64,000 nt of DNA from a virus (taxonomy: Duplodnaviria > Caudoviricetes): positions 1 to 64,000 of the IMG/VR virus record IMGVR_UViG_3300046786_000293; one strand, given 5' to 3'. Numbering within the stretch: the stretch's first letter is position 1; the number at the start of each line of letters is the position of its first letter. Of the stretch, positions 54,390-64,000 are shown piece by piece. The notes under the pieces were generated by a model. The model was given only the letters and a program-made list of their open reading frames with translations. It was not told the origin of the DNA and ran no database searches. Position numbers and translations under genes: made by a program.

Positions 54390-55038
54390 GATATTGTTGC
54401 TCCAGTTTTTTATAATACCGGTTAGTTAGTCGTACAAATTTTTCAACTACCGGATCTCGCTTGTTAAAAAACTTGGTATAAGTTTTATACAAACGAAGAT
54501 TTTCTAATTTTGGTTTTTTTGTTTTTATCGGAGTGAACGTTTCTATAGCCAATTCTGCGGCCGCAGTAAATGCATATGCATCTATTTCGTCAGAATCGCC
54601 GTAGTATTCCTGTGCTTCTTTAATAGTAATCACTTTGTGATTGCTTTTGTAGGCTCTGCACCAATTAAAATTTCTACGTCTAAATTGTTGTAGATGTACA
54701 AATTCATGTCCCAACAGTCCAGCAAGGTCAATGCACAATTCCGACCAATGATTTCTGGACAGATCTGCTTCGTCGAAATAGTAAAAACTTTTGCCTTTAG
54801 GCATGGCAATTTCAACTTCGATTGGTTGCATTCCTTCCTCGTCCATTTCAGGCATGTACGCTCCCGAAACATTGAATCTGTTTGTAGTCACACTCAAAGT
54901 CTTATTGCCAATAATTTTAACTTCTTCGAATGGCACAGCTCGTCGAATTTGTTTTAGTAAGTATGCAGAATTAACTATACGACCTTCTAGTCTATCGTAG
55001 ACGTCGTACAGGCTTTTTACCAATTGAAAAAAGTTCAT
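54373..55038 (-). CDS. Zincin-like (HExxH) protein
   Basis: GHEFVH...Q; DEIDAYA. Confidence 0.65.
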   Translation of the reverse strand: MNFFQLVKSLYDVYDRLEGRIVNSAYLLKQIRRAVPFEEVKIIGNKTLSVTTNRFNVSGAYMPEMDEEGMQPIEVEIAMPKGKSFYYFDEADLSRNHWSELCIDLAGLLGHEFVHLQQFRRRNFNWCRAYKSNHKVITIKEAQEYYGDSDEIDAYAFTAAAELAIETFTPIKTKKPKLENLRLYKTYTKFFNKRDPVVEKFVRLTNRYYKKLEQQYHATTF

Positions 55039-55039
55039 T

Positions 55040-55363
55040 TTATTTAAAAAGAATAAATGCCATCACAATAGCTTGGGCCATAAAACCTACACCAATTGTA
55101 ATGATGTTGAGCACATCTTTTAGCAGTATAGCACGAGCAAACAATAAAATCAAGCCCGCCCAAATAAACAGTACAATGTCAACGCTGGGCAGTCTGTCGT
55201 TTAGTCCTGCTAGCAGGGCCAGCATACTGGGAATGGTAGCACAATGTAGCACGATTGCGGCCATCCAACCCAATGTGTCTGCGGTGAGTTTTTTCAAATG
55301 ATCCAAGAAAAATTTACGGATCAAAACCCAAAGTCCCAAAAGGCTAAAACTTTTAATTCCCAC
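55040..55363 (-). CDS. Small multi-TM membrane protein
   Basis: Three hydrophobic helices. Confidence 0.75.
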   Translation of the reverse strand: MGIKSFSLLGLWVLIRKFFLDHLKKLTADTLGWMAAIVLHCATIPSMLALLAGLNDRLPSVDIVLFIWAGLILLFARAILLKDVLNIITIGVGFMAQAIVMAFILFK

Positions 55364-55365
55364 AA

Positions 55366-55941
55366 TTATTCCTTATAAAAAATATGTTGACCAATTTGTG
55401 CAATCTTTTCTTTCTTCCACCCAGGGCGTACATAGGTAGCATGATAGTAAAGTGCATTATTTAAACTAGGTAGTCTAAATTTTTCAAAGTAAACCTTCTT
55501 GGCTACTTCTTCGCTTTCTGCATAATGTTTTGGATATATAGGTTTGATCTTGTGATTACTTTCACATACCCACGAAAATTGGCAAATCATTTTTTCGTAA
55601 ATAACATTTTTTTGGTAAACAACCGCACAAACATCCTTACCAAAGCGCCCCGACTCTACGCGGTTTAGTGTGACTTGGGCAACAGCAACTTTGCCTTCAA
55701 AAGGCTCGTTAGCGGCTTCCCAATAGATATTTTTAGACAAACATTCTAATTGTCTGAATTGTTCGTTAATTGACACTTGGGTTGCATCAGTTTGAGCAAT
55801 ACGTGCTCTTAGACTGTCTAGTTTAGATTTGGTTACTGTAACTAATACTGTTGCAACAATTAATAATCCTATTATAAGTAAAGAGTTGCGTGTAACCGAA
55901 ATCACTCTGTCATAGTAACGATTTGATATAGCAGATGCCAT
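55366..55941 (-). CDS. Cell wall hydrolase, SleB/Hydrolase_2 family
   Basis: IYWEAANEPFEGKVAVAQVTLNR; CQFSW; YYHATYVRPGW; IGQHIFY. Confidence 0.92.
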   Translation of the reverse strand: MASAISNRYYDRVISVTRNSLLIIGLLIVATVLVTVTKSKLDSLRARIAQTDATQVSINEQFRQLECLSKNIYWEAANEPFEGKVAVAQVTLNRVESGRFGKDVCAVVYQKNVIYEKMICQFSWVCESNHKIKPIYPKHYAESEEVAKKVYFEKFRLPSLNNALYYHATYVRPGWKKEKIAQIGQHIFYKE

Positions 55942-56067
55942 ATGTCTTCTCCTTTCTTCAAGAGTGTAGTTTTATATACCAACAAAAAATCGGTAATAAA
56001 TGCTAGTTTAACGTGTTAACTGGTACTATTATACCAGGTTTTTTGATTATTTTCAAGTTTTTTGGTG

Positions 56068-57894
56068 TCAAAGGACGCCCAAAACTCGCACATTGACATT
56101 GGATAGTATGACTGCATTTTTAGCTTGTTCCAAAATTACTTTAGCCAAATCACCAGCATCGTTATTTTGAACCATGCCGTAGAGTGTTAAATCTGTCCCT
56201 AGATTTTCTCTGTCAGCACCAAAACCTGGCAGGCTACTCACAAAACTAAAAAATATGCTGTTGTCACCGTAATCGCTGATTTGTAAATTTGCCTTCATCC
56301 AATTTTGATATTCTAAACTTGTTTGACTGCATACAATATCATAATTGTCGTTGATTTGTTTAACAATGGATCTAATTCCATTGTCTGGATCAGCTACAAT
56401 ATTGGCTAATATATTGTAGTACTCTGTTTGGTATTGTTCGCTTTTAACTTGATAATAATCGGGCCCCGGTGCCTGAATGGTAAAAGTATTACCTTCTTCA
56501 TCGGTGCTGTATACACCAGGCGGCACCGGTGTATAACTGTTTGCAGCAGCAGCCTCTGCACTATCTGCAGGAATTTTTGCATCGTAACGACTAATCGTAG
56601 ATAACGTAGTAGAAATTTGGGAACCGTAATCTGTTGCTGCCAAGGCTGCTAGTCCTTCGTTCACTAATTGTATGTAATCAGTTAAGTAACCTGATGCCAT
56701 ACCTACTACATTAACTATGCTGATGGGCTGATTGTTTGCACTAATAGGCAAATAAGATCTTAGACTATCAATGATGTCCGGTCTCAGCATACTAGTCTGT
56801 GTGGCAATGTTGTCAACACTAGGTGGTACAGTATACTGTAAATTAGATAAGAAATTATAAATTTGTGTGCCAGTTGTAAATGTACTAATAGGTCCTCGTT
56901 TGTAAAGAACTGTGCCTATGTTAGCCATACTTGTATACGTACTGTCATTTGCAATGCCACTAGATTTTTCTATACTTACATAGTCCAATGCACTAGCGAT
57001 GTTAGGTATAGAACTGTTTATTACATATTGTATAGTATCTAGATCTGACGTACTAGTAATGTTTGCTAATGTTTCACTAATAACTGCTGTGTAATTATTA
57101 CTTGCAATATTTTGTAGAGTAACACCGTTCTGTAACAATGTCGTGCTGAGATTATTAATGGTCCCCAATCCAGCTTCTATTAGTGTTTGTGCTACGGCAT
57201 TAGGTGTCCCAAAGTTACCATTAACAATGGATTGAACCATTGTGCCTTGATTTTTTAATGCAAGTTTTACAGCATTACTCTTGGCCAGTACATCAAACCC
57301 TGTAGTTATTAACTGTGCAGTGTCGTGGGCACCATGATACGCAAGATTAGTATTTTGAGCATTGTTAAGACTAGAGATATAGCCGTTTGATGTTACAACC
57401 CAGCCTAATGCTTGATTGAATGCATTGATGAAATATTTAGAATTAAATGTATTACTGCCAGTTAGTCTGGTCATCTGTATGTCCATGTAATACAATAAAT
57501 TACCAGGCGTAGCAGAATACTTTGTTGGCATGACGCCTGTAATTGCAGGTATTGCACTGTTGGCGCCAAATATACATTGTCTAGGATCTTTTGTATACTG
57601 CCTAAAATATCCAGTCAGGTAAGGCCTGATTACTACGTTAGTAGCTTCTCCCGTGGCAGGATCAGTGGCTACAACAACGTAATTAAGACTCCCATTATTA
57701 AGTTGCATAGCAACCATATTACCTTGACTACTAAGACTTCCCGAATAGACACCGCTATACCCAGCGGCTTCTAAGTCTGCTGCGGAATAGGGTATTAATT
57801 GATTTGTGTCTATAAATGCGCCTGAGTTAAACTCTGCAGGAACTGCACCGATAGCAGAGCCAAATCCGATATAAGGTCCGTAATATGCTGGCAT
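56068..57894 (-). CDS. Probable virion structural (baseplate/tail-region) protein
   Basis: Large S/T/N/A-rich ORF downstream of PAAR; assignment from context only. Confidence 0.5.
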   Translation of the reverse strand: MPAYYGPYIGFGSAIGAVPAEFNSGAFIDTNQLIPYSAADLEAAGYSGVYSGSLSSQGNMVAMQLNNGSLNYVVVATDPATGEATNVVIRPYLTGYFRQYTKDPRQCIFGANSAIPAITGVMPTKYSATPGNLLYYMDIQMTRLTGSNTFNSKYFINAFNQALGWVVTSNGYISSLNNAQNTNLAYHGAHDTAQLITTGFDVLAKSNAVKLALKNQGTMVQSIVNGNFGTPNAVAQTLIEAGLGTINNLSTTLLQNGVTLQNIASNNYTAVISETLANITSTSDLDTIQYVINSSIPNIASALDYVSIEKSSGIANDSTYTSMANIGTVLYKRGPISTFTTGTQIYNFLSNLQYTVPPSVDNIATQTSMLRPDIIDSLRSYLPISANNQPISIVNVVGMASGYLTDYIQLVNEGLAALAATDYGSQISTTLSTISRYDAKIPADSAEAAAANSYTPVPPGVYSTDEEGNTFTIQAPGPDYYQVKSEQYQTEYYNILANIVADPDNGIRSIVKQINDNYDIVCSQTSLEYQNWMKANLQISDYGDNSIFFSFVSSLPGFGADRENLGTDLTLYGMVQNNDAGDLAKVILEQAKNAVILSNVNVRVLGVL

Positions 57895-58472
57895 TAGTAA
57901 AATCCTGTTTCTCCAGTACCGCTTGCCGCACTACCATTGGGTTGTGCTTCCCCGTAGTATTGCCAAGTTCGTATGGCAACATTAGCTAAATTTTCAATTG
58001 CAACTTTTTCATATCTATCAACTTCATTGGGTCCGCAGTCTTGTGCTCGTCTAACAATATGAATCATTTCACCTATCACTATATACGAAGTACCAGCAAG
58101 TCCCGGAGCAAATGGGGGCTGTATTCTTTGTCCGGTTTTGGGATCAATGGTGGCAGGAGTTAACAGTTTACTAGATGCAAATGTGTTCATAGCCGCAATA
58201 AAATTTGGATTTACTCCGAACGGAGGTGTAGTGCCCTTAACTAACTGGTCTGCTAACGCCAACTGATAAGAAGTTAAACTTGCAGGGGGAAGATTAGGAG
58301 TGGTTCCTTGAAACGGAACTGGGGTTATAGGACCAAATTGTATAGGTTTATCTGCTTTAAACTGATCACTTGCAGAAATAACCCCAGTAGTTGTAAAAGT
58401 TAGCGGCCCATTATTCACCGGAGTGTCGGATTTAAATTGATCGAATACTGCCATTTTATAATGCCTTGGCAA
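57894..58472 (-). CDS. Hypothetical protein of the PAAR cluster
   Basis: Overlaps PAAR and the downstream gene. Confidence 0.6.
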   Translation of the reverse strand: MPRHYKMAVFDQFKSDTPVNNGPLTFTTTGVISASDQFKADKPIQFGPITPVPFQGTTPNLPPASLTSYQLALADQLVKGTTPPFGVNPNFIAAMNTFASSKLLTPATIDPKTGQRIQPPFAPGLAGTSYIVIGEMIHIVRRAQDCGPNEVDRYEKVAIENLANVAIRTWQYYGEAQPNGSAASGTGETGFY

Positions 58473-58791
58473 CTAAGCCTGTAAACATACCAAATCCGCT
58501 TCCGGAAATAATAACATCAAAACTAGCACTACTCACTTTATGCCCGCATAGGCCTATACTACCTTTAACAATAGGTGGAAGACCATTTACATAAACACCC
58601 TCGGGTATAGAAAATGTTGGCCCAAAGCAATGAGTAGGAGGGCAACCTTTGACGCCACAACAAGGATGAGAAGTGTATACACACCCTTCTAATGCTACCG
58701 GGCGGCCGTTAACAAAAACATCAGGACTAAACGGTGCGGTTAACACACCGCCGGGTCCTAATATATCACCTACTCTTGCTATACCTGGCAT
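58456..58791 (-). CDS. PAAR-domain baseplate spike tip protein (T4 gp5.4-like)
   Basis: IARVGD, DVFVNGRPVA, Cys/His metal ligands, VYVNG, CGH. Confidence 0.88.
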   Translation of the reverse strand: MPGIARVGDILGPGGVLTAPFSPDVFVNGRPVALEGCVYTSHPCCGVKGCPPTHCFGPTFSIPEGVYVNGLPPIVKGSIGLCGHKVSSASFDVIISGSGFGMFTGLVAKAL

Positions 58792-58800
58792 TAACAATCC

Positions 58801-59112
58801 TTATACTACGATAGGACCTTTGCTTACAGTTTGAATACCAGTGGTAGTCTGAATGTAGTGGTCCTCGAGCTGTTTGATAACAGGTGCATGTAACATTACA
58901 TGTTCCTTTTTAATCTCTATATCCTTATTTATATCCGCAGAAAACAGGCTTTGCATCAACGCCAATCCTTGCGGGCTAGGCACTACAGTACACGGACGAC
59001 TTACAGTCCAACCAGTGAGATGAGATTCTACAATTTTAGCAACGATCTCGTCACCATTGACCATTTTAAAACAAGCGATTTCGCCTGCTTCATATCCTTT
59101 ATTCATTAACAC
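58801..59112 (-). CDS. Conserved phage hypothetical protein (Sm-like beta fold suspected)
   Basis: FKMVNGDEIVAK...Y...TTGI. Confidence 0.7.
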   Translation of the reverse strand: MLMNKGYEAGEIACFKMVNGDEIVAKIVESHLTGWTVSRPCTVVPSPQGLALMQSLFSADINKDIEIKKEHVMLHAPVIKQLEDHYIQTTTGIQTVSKGPIVV

Positions 59113-59353
59113 TTAGTTTTTCCTTTAGTTGATCTTCAGTTAATTTTGACAGGCCTTGAAATCCGCCTTGTACAAATAGTTTGCCATCTTTGTAAATTTG
59201 TGGAACAGTTCTATGTCCTTCATTTACAATGAATGTGCGAGCATCTGGTTGCTCTTCGATATTGATTTCTTCAAATGCAATATTTTTTAATTTTAATAAA
59301 TTTTTTGCCTGTACACAGAATGGGCAATTGTTTTTTGAATATACTGTTAACAT
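59099..59353 (-). CDS. grx: Glutaredoxin
   Basis: CPFC; TVPQI; GGF. Confidence 0.93.
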   Translation of the reverse strand: MLTVYSKNNCPFCVQAKNLLKLKNIAFEEINIEEQPDARTFIVNEGHRTVPQIYKDGKLFVQGGFQGLSKLTEDQLKEKLSVNE

Positions 59354-59370
59354 TTTATTCCCCTAACGTA

Positions 59371-60474
59371 TTATATAGCCGGCAATTCGTCGTAGTCTAA
59401 AGAATCACTCATTACACCGATTACATAATTAGTTGACTCATTTTCTTGTAGTGCTGTTTGTTTTTTACTTGTATCGCTATGCTTATTAAACCAAGGAATA
59501 GGTGTTGTCTTGGGTGCAGTAGCCCAATACTTAATACCAATATCTTTAAGCGCACCAACTGCTGTATAGTCTACAAAGTCTTTAAGAATATTTGCATTAA
59601 GACCAATAACAGGACCTTTCTTGAACAAATAGTCAGCCCATGCTTTTTCTTCGGCAATAACATCACGGTAAATTTGCATAACTTCTTCATGACACTCTTG
59701 TGCCACTCGAGCAAAGCGTGGATCTTCTTTGACTACTTGATTGATTAAGAAAGCAGTCCACCCTTTGTGTAGTAGTTCGTCTTGTAAGATAAGACTAATA
59801 ATGTTGCCGTTACCAATGAAGATTTTGTTCTCAACCATTGCCAGACTTGTAGCAAAGCTAACCATAAAGCGGAAGGCTTCCAAGGCATAACTTGCGTGTA
59901 GAGCCAAATAGATTGCTTTGATGTGTGCTTCTTCGCCTGCCATGTTAGGATCAATTTCTTTATAGCAATTGATCTTGTGTAGGTTGTCATAATGCTTGCC
60001 TACACTACTTGCCATATCAACAATCTCTTTGGTGTCATGAATTGTATTAAACACTTCTTTAGGCACGTTGTAGATGTTGCGAATAATATGACTGTAACTG
60101 CGACTATGAATGTTTGTCTCAAAGAATGTCCAGTTGTAGACCAGGGCTTCTAGTTCTGGCAAACTTACCACTGGTGTAAAAATTTGGCTTGGGCCTCGAC
60201 CTTGCAAACTGTCCAACGCTGTTTGACGTAGTAAGTTTGAAGTAAAAATATGTTTAACCGCATCCGACGCTTCTTTAAAGTCGCCTGCATCTTTTGTTAA
60301 ACTGATTTCTTCAGGTACCCAAAAGAATCCGCGAGCAGTCTTTTCAAAGTCTGCAATTTTATTATATTTTACTTCTTCAAAACGCTGGATAGTAACCGGA
60401 CCTGCAGGATCCAGAAACATTTTACGTGATAAGTAATCTGTTTTAGTGGTTAAGTTATATTGTTCTTTACTCAT
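59371..60474 (-). CDS. nrdB: Ribonucleotide reductase class Ia beta subunit
   Basis: FFWVPEEI, LDSLQGR, ETNIHSRSY, LEAFRF, DELLH, QENESTNY. Confidence 0.97.
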   Translation of the reverse strand: MSKEQYNLTTKTDYLSRKMFLDPAGPVTIQRFEEVKYNKIADFEKTARGFFWVPEEISLTKDAGDFKEASDAVKHIFTSNLLRQTALDSLQGRGPSQIFTPVVSLPELEALVYNWTFFETNIHSRSYSHIIRNIYNVPKEVFNTIHDTKEIVDMASSVGKHYDNLHKINCYKEIDPNMAGEEAHIKAIYLALHASYALEAFRFMVSFATSLAMVENKIFIGNGNIISLILQDELLHKGWTAFLINQVVKEDPRFARVAQECHEEVMQIYRDVIAEEKAWADYLFKKGPVIGLNANILKDFVDYTAVGALKDIGIKYWATAPKTTPIPWFNKHSDTSKKQTALQENESTNYVIGVMSDSLDYDELPAI

Positions 60475-60475
60475 A

Positions 60476-61075
60476 TTATTTCATTTGTATAGGTTTAACT
60501 GGTTTATCAAACGGATCGGGAGCGGCTACAGGATGTCTACCACATGCTCTCTTATTCCCTTGTCCTGCTTCTGTTAAAAACTCTGTGCCTTTGGCAATTT
60601 GACCGATAGGACAGCTACACGTAGCAGTCACAGTTCCATTTGTAGGATCTTTGTCGTATTTACACATCATACCCCAACAATTAGTAGATCCTTCTGCCAA
60701 AGCACCCGGGCAACTTTGAATTTGTGCTTTTGTTGCACTGGGGGGTCGTCTTGCAAAACCGTTTGCTTCTTGCGGGTAGTGAAATCCTTCTACCAATCGA
60801 GGTGCGAATAAACTCCATACTTGTGTGCTAGGATCATCCACGCTACAACTGCCTTTCATAACACCTGCACTTAGATCAGCAATACTAGGCCCTTCGAGTA
60901 CAGGACATTTACACACTACCTCAGGATAAGTAACACCGTTATTGGTAGTAATAGTTTTACCAGTCTTAGTACAAGTACTTGCGGCACATAGTGCAAATTT
61001 ACCTTGACAAATTGTTAATTCGCCGGCAAAAACAGATGAAGATAAGAACGCTAATAATAAAAATATTTTTTTCAT
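60476..61075 (-). CDS. Exported 12-Cys protein
   Basis: Signal peptide; 12 cysteines; lies between nrdA and nrdB. Confidence 0.8.
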   Translation of the reverse strand: MKKIFLLLAFLSSSVFAGELTICQGKFALCAASTCTKTGKTITTNNGVTYPEVVCKCPVLEGPSIADLSAGVMKGSCSVDDPSTQVWSLFAPRLVEGFHYPQEANGFARRPPSATKAQIQSCPGALAEGSTNCWGMMCKYDKDPTNGTVTATCSCPIGQIAKGTEFLTEAGQGNKRACGRHPVAAPDPFDKPVKPIQMK

Positions 61076-61083
61076 GTTATTCC

Positions 61084-63429
61084 TTAAAGTTTACACGATT
61101 CACAATCTTCAACATCATCATAGTCGTCAATGATAGGTGTTTTGATTGTATCCCACATCTTTTGTTCTTCAGTTCTGTTGTCTTGTGATTTGGAACCTTG
61201 CTTGTTGATTAGACTATAATAGAAAGTCTTAATACCCCACATCTGTGCCTGCATTAAATTCTTGGCAATCAATGTAGTGGGTACTTTACGACCTTCAAAA
61301 TGTGCAGGATTGTAGAAAGTATTTGTAGATATACTTTGATCAATGTAGGCCTGTAACACTGCGGCCGTTTTTAGATAACCAACGCAATCAGTTTGATCCC
61401 ACATTAATTGATATTTGTTCTTTAACTTTTGATATTCGGGCACAACTTGAGTAAAACTTCCTGCCTTACTTTCTTTTGTGCTGATTAAACTCATTGGCAT
61501 TTCTATACCGTTGGTGCTGTTAATTACTACGCTCGAGCTTTCAACTGGTGCAACTGCCATAAGGGTAGCGTTGCGAACACCATGCGTTTGCATTTTGACT
61601 CGTAGACCTTCCCAGTCCAGTTCTGGAGCAAAGGATGTGAGTTCATCCACTCCTTTAGATCTGCGTTCCCAAGGAAACACACCTCTACCATACCATGTAC
61701 GGTCACTATCCTTACAGCGACCGCGTTCGGCGGCAAGTTCCACAGTCGCTTCAGTAAGATAGTACGCTTGATGTTCCATCCAGGATTTAACTTCTGCCAA
61801 AGCGTCTGAATTGCCGTATTGGAGTCCACGTTTGGCATGCCAGTAAGCAAGGTTTGTAACACCGATACCCAAGGGTTGAATTTCATCGTTGGATAGTTTG
61901 CTTTGGATCGAAAGGAAGTCTTGGTAGTCAAGGATATTACATAAGGATCTCTGAAGAATGCGACAAGCACGGCGCATATCCTCAGGATTGCGGAACGCTC
62001 CCCAATTAATGGAGCCCAGTGTACAAAGTGCGATGCGACCTTGATCGTCGTCCAGGCGTTTGAAAGGTTTTGTGGGAAGTAGAATTTCACAGCAAAGGTT
62101 ACTCTGGTAGATAGTGTGATACTCAGGATCAAATGGTCCTTGATTCATCACGTTGTCAATAAACACTAGATAAATGCGACCAGTGTCTGTTCGCTCCTTA
62201 AGTATTCCAGATTTGAATACTTCCTCGGCACTCATTACTTTCTTGCGTAGGTCAGTGCGTTTTTCACACTTAACATATAGTTCTTCGAACAACGCTGTAT
62301 TAGAGTAGAAGGCTTCGTATAGGTCTGGTACTTCATTAGGGTCAAAGAAGGTAATATTCTCTTTATTCCTGAAGCGTCTCCAAAAGAATGCAGAAAGCAC
62401 AACACCGTAATCCATGTGTCGTACTCGGGTTTCGTCTGTACCTTGATTGTTCTTGAGCACAATGAGATCATCGAATTGATGATGCCATATGGGATAGAAA
62501 ACCGTAGCACTAGCATTGCGAATACCTCCTTGTGAACAACTACGCAAGTCACCAAACCACTTCTTCAAAAATGGAATCATACCAGTATGCATGATCTCGC
62601 CGCCTCGAATGGGTGATCCCAAAGGACGTAGACGTCCGATCTCTAAGCCAATGCCAGCACGTTTACTGGCATACTTGGCCATCATTTCGCCGCTAGCGAA
62701 TATACTATCCAAATCATCATCACTCCTAATAAGAACGCAACTAGAAAATTGTTTCGTCGGAGTGCCAAGGCCAGCAAGGACAGGAGTAGCAAGAGTAAAA
62801 AGACCATCACTAGCAGCATTATAATATTCCTTAATGTAACGCATACGAGCCGAATTAGGCTCTTCATTGTGGAAAACAGTAGCAGCCGCAATCATATAAC
62901 GTATCTGCGGCGTTTCATAAATTTCTTTAGTAGCACGATTGCGAACTAGATACTTTTCAATAAGTTGTTCAATTGCGGCATAACTGTAGTGCTCGTCTTT
63001 GGTATGATCGAGCAAGTCATTCATTCGATTCCAATCTTCTTGGCTATACCATTCAAGTAATTCCGGAGTATATAAACCAACAGCTACATTCTTTTTTACA
63101 ATATCATAAATGTGTGGAACATCATATGATCCGTAAACGTCTTTTCGCAACATTGATAGACGTTGTTTACCTGCTACATATTGATAATTAATATTACCAA
63201 CATCGGGATTAGATTCTACGTCAATGAGATCGACACAGGCTCTTAGTGTAATTTCGTCGATTTCTTTTGTAGTGATACCATCATAGAAATGTGGTTGCGC
63301 TTTAATTTCAATCATCGATTGACTAACATCTGCAATGCCACCGCATATTTTTGTTATTTGCGCTTGCCACTTCTCGATTGTCAACGGTTCTTTTTTTCCG
63401 GATCTTTTTGTAACTTGAATTATTGTCAT
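61084..63429 (-). CDS. nrdA: Ribonucleotide reductase class Ia alpha subunit with ATP-cone
   Basis: VTKRSG ATP-cone; QFSSCVL; QSNLCCEI; YY; C-terminal CESCKL. Confidence 0.97.
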   Translation of the reverse strand: MTIIQVTKRSGKKEPLTIEKWQAQITKICGGIADVSQSMIEIKAQPHFYDGITTKEIDEITLRACVDLIDVESNPDVGNINYQYVAGKQRLSMLRKDVYGSYDVPHIYDIVKKNVAVGLYTPELLEWYSQEDWNRMNDLLDHTKDEHYSYAAIEQLIEKYLVRNRATKEIYETPQIRYMIAAATVFHNEEPNSARMRYIKEYYNAASDGLFTLATPVLAGLGTPTKQFSSCVLIRSDDDLDSIFASGEMMAKYASKRAGIGLEIGRLRPLGSPIRGGEIMHTGMIPFLKKWFGDLRSCSQGGIRNASATVFYPIWHHQFDDLIVLKNNQGTDETRVRHMDYGVVLSAFFWRRFRNKENITFFDPNEVPDLYEAFYSNTALFEELYVKCEKRTDLRKKVMSAEEVFKSGILKERTDTGRIYLVFIDNVMNQGPFDPEYHTIYQSNLCCEILLPTKPFKRLDDDQGRIALCTLGSINWGAFRNPEDMRRACRILQRSLCNILDYQDFLSIQSKLSNDEIQPLGIGVTNLAYWHAKRGLQYGNSDALAEVKSWMEHQAYYLTEATVELAAERGRCKDSDRTWYGRGVFPWERRSKGVDELTSFAPELDWEGLRVKMQTHGVRNATLMAVAPVESSSVVINSTNGIEMPMSLISTKESKAGSFTQVVPEYQKLKNKYQLMWDQTDCVGYLKTAAVLQAYIDQSISTNTFYNPAHFEGRKVPTTLIAKNLMQAQMWGIKTFYYSLINKQGSKSQDNRTEEQKMWDTIKTPIIDDYDDVEDCESCKL

Positions 63430-63442
63430 TGATATTATTCTC

Positions 63443-63889
63443 TTATTGTAATTTGTCAAGACCTAGATCTTGAACAGTCAGGGTCTTTATTAACTTTAAA
63501 TTTTTGGAAACGTGTGCTTTATTTACAACCTCATCATGAACCAAATTAAGAACATATTTTCCTTTGTCAACAAATACTAAATTATACTGTTCCTTGGTCG
63601 AAGGTTCATTATATACTCTTATTTCAACATCCGGTTGATGGCTACTAAGATATAAAGTATACACTATTCCCAATGCTTTTGCAAGATCACAATAATAGTT
63701 TTCGTATATCAATTCCCATGGCCCGGGCCATTCTTCGATATGATCTGTAGTTAAGTAATGTGCCACGTATGGAGCATAACTCCAAAGATGTGTTGTTTCT
63801 TTAAGTGCTTGCTCAAGTTCTTGTTCGCTGATTTTTTTTCGAAAGTCATGCCAAAAGCGAAGGCGTTCGCTCGGTAGGTGATTCCACAT
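63443..63889 (-). CDS. Conserved phage hypothetical protein
   Basis: WPGPWELIYENYYC; upstream TAAATA. Confidence 0.75.
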   Translation of the reverse strand: MWNHLPSERLRFWHDFRKKISEQELEQALKETTHLWSYAPYVAHYLTTDHIEEWPGPWELIYENYYCDLAKALGIVYTLYLSSHQPDVEIRVYNEPSTKEQYNLVFVDKGKYVLNLVHDEVVNKAHVSKNLKLIKTLTVQDLGLDKLQ

Positions 63890-63909
63890 AAGATATTTAA
63901 AAATACTGA

Positions 63910-64000
63910 TTAAAAAGTTAAAGTGCTAAAATTATATTTAATATTAGCATTGGCACCTGTATTAGTTGCGACATACCCTATTTGTGTAAAGGTTGCACTA
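63910..64000 (-). CDS. C-terminal fragment of an upstream gene (partial)
   Basis: Open frame ...SATFTQIGYVATNTGANANIKYNFSTLTF* entering from the window end. Confidence 0.5.
   Translation of the reverse strand, partial: SATFTQIGYVATNTGANANIKYNFSTLTF

Noticed and set aside
61084-63429. Intein or intron in nrdA or nrdB
   Set aside because: Both frames are continuous, of normal class Ia length, with no splicing motifs.
1-64000. Alternative genetic code (stop-codon reassignment)
   Set aside because: Conserved enzymes are full length under the standard code, and TAA, TGA and TAG all serve as stops.

Overview
A 64-kb, AT-rich, densely coded segment of a large lytic dsDNA tailed phage (T4-like/myovirus-type, with PAAR, baseplate-region and class Ia nrdAB genes). 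Almost all real genes are on the minus strand. The host is probably a freshwater Betaproteobacterium (Burkholderiales), inferred from host-like OmpA, Bug/TctC and desaturase genes. The window holds replication and repair genes (ATP-dependent DNA ligase, nrdA/nrdB/glutaredoxin, UvdE, a DEDDh exonuclease), two sugar/small-molecule modification clusters, auxiliary metabolic genes (aceA, acyl-CoA desaturase) and a translation/proteostasis set (bS21, ClpP, ClpS, Hsp20, a YafQ-like toxin with a candidate antitoxin). Strongest observations: (1) a circularly permuted two-piece tmRNA that the ORF track does not show, with a G3-U70 alanine acceptor stem, a long non-canonical 28-aa tag and an intervening segment filled by an 83-aa membrane-protein ORF; (2) seven intact copies plus one remnant of a small 'MNERI...KFAELIV.EC...HFGVE' gene family whose three DNA boxes are conserved down to synonymous codons while the segments between them are unrelated; (3) arrays of one-gene cassettes bounded by a palindrome plus a near-identical sigma70 promoter, including an apparent deletion scar; (4) two late, probably packaged, amidoligase-domain proteins. 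All product calls rest on motif recognition by eye; no database search was run.
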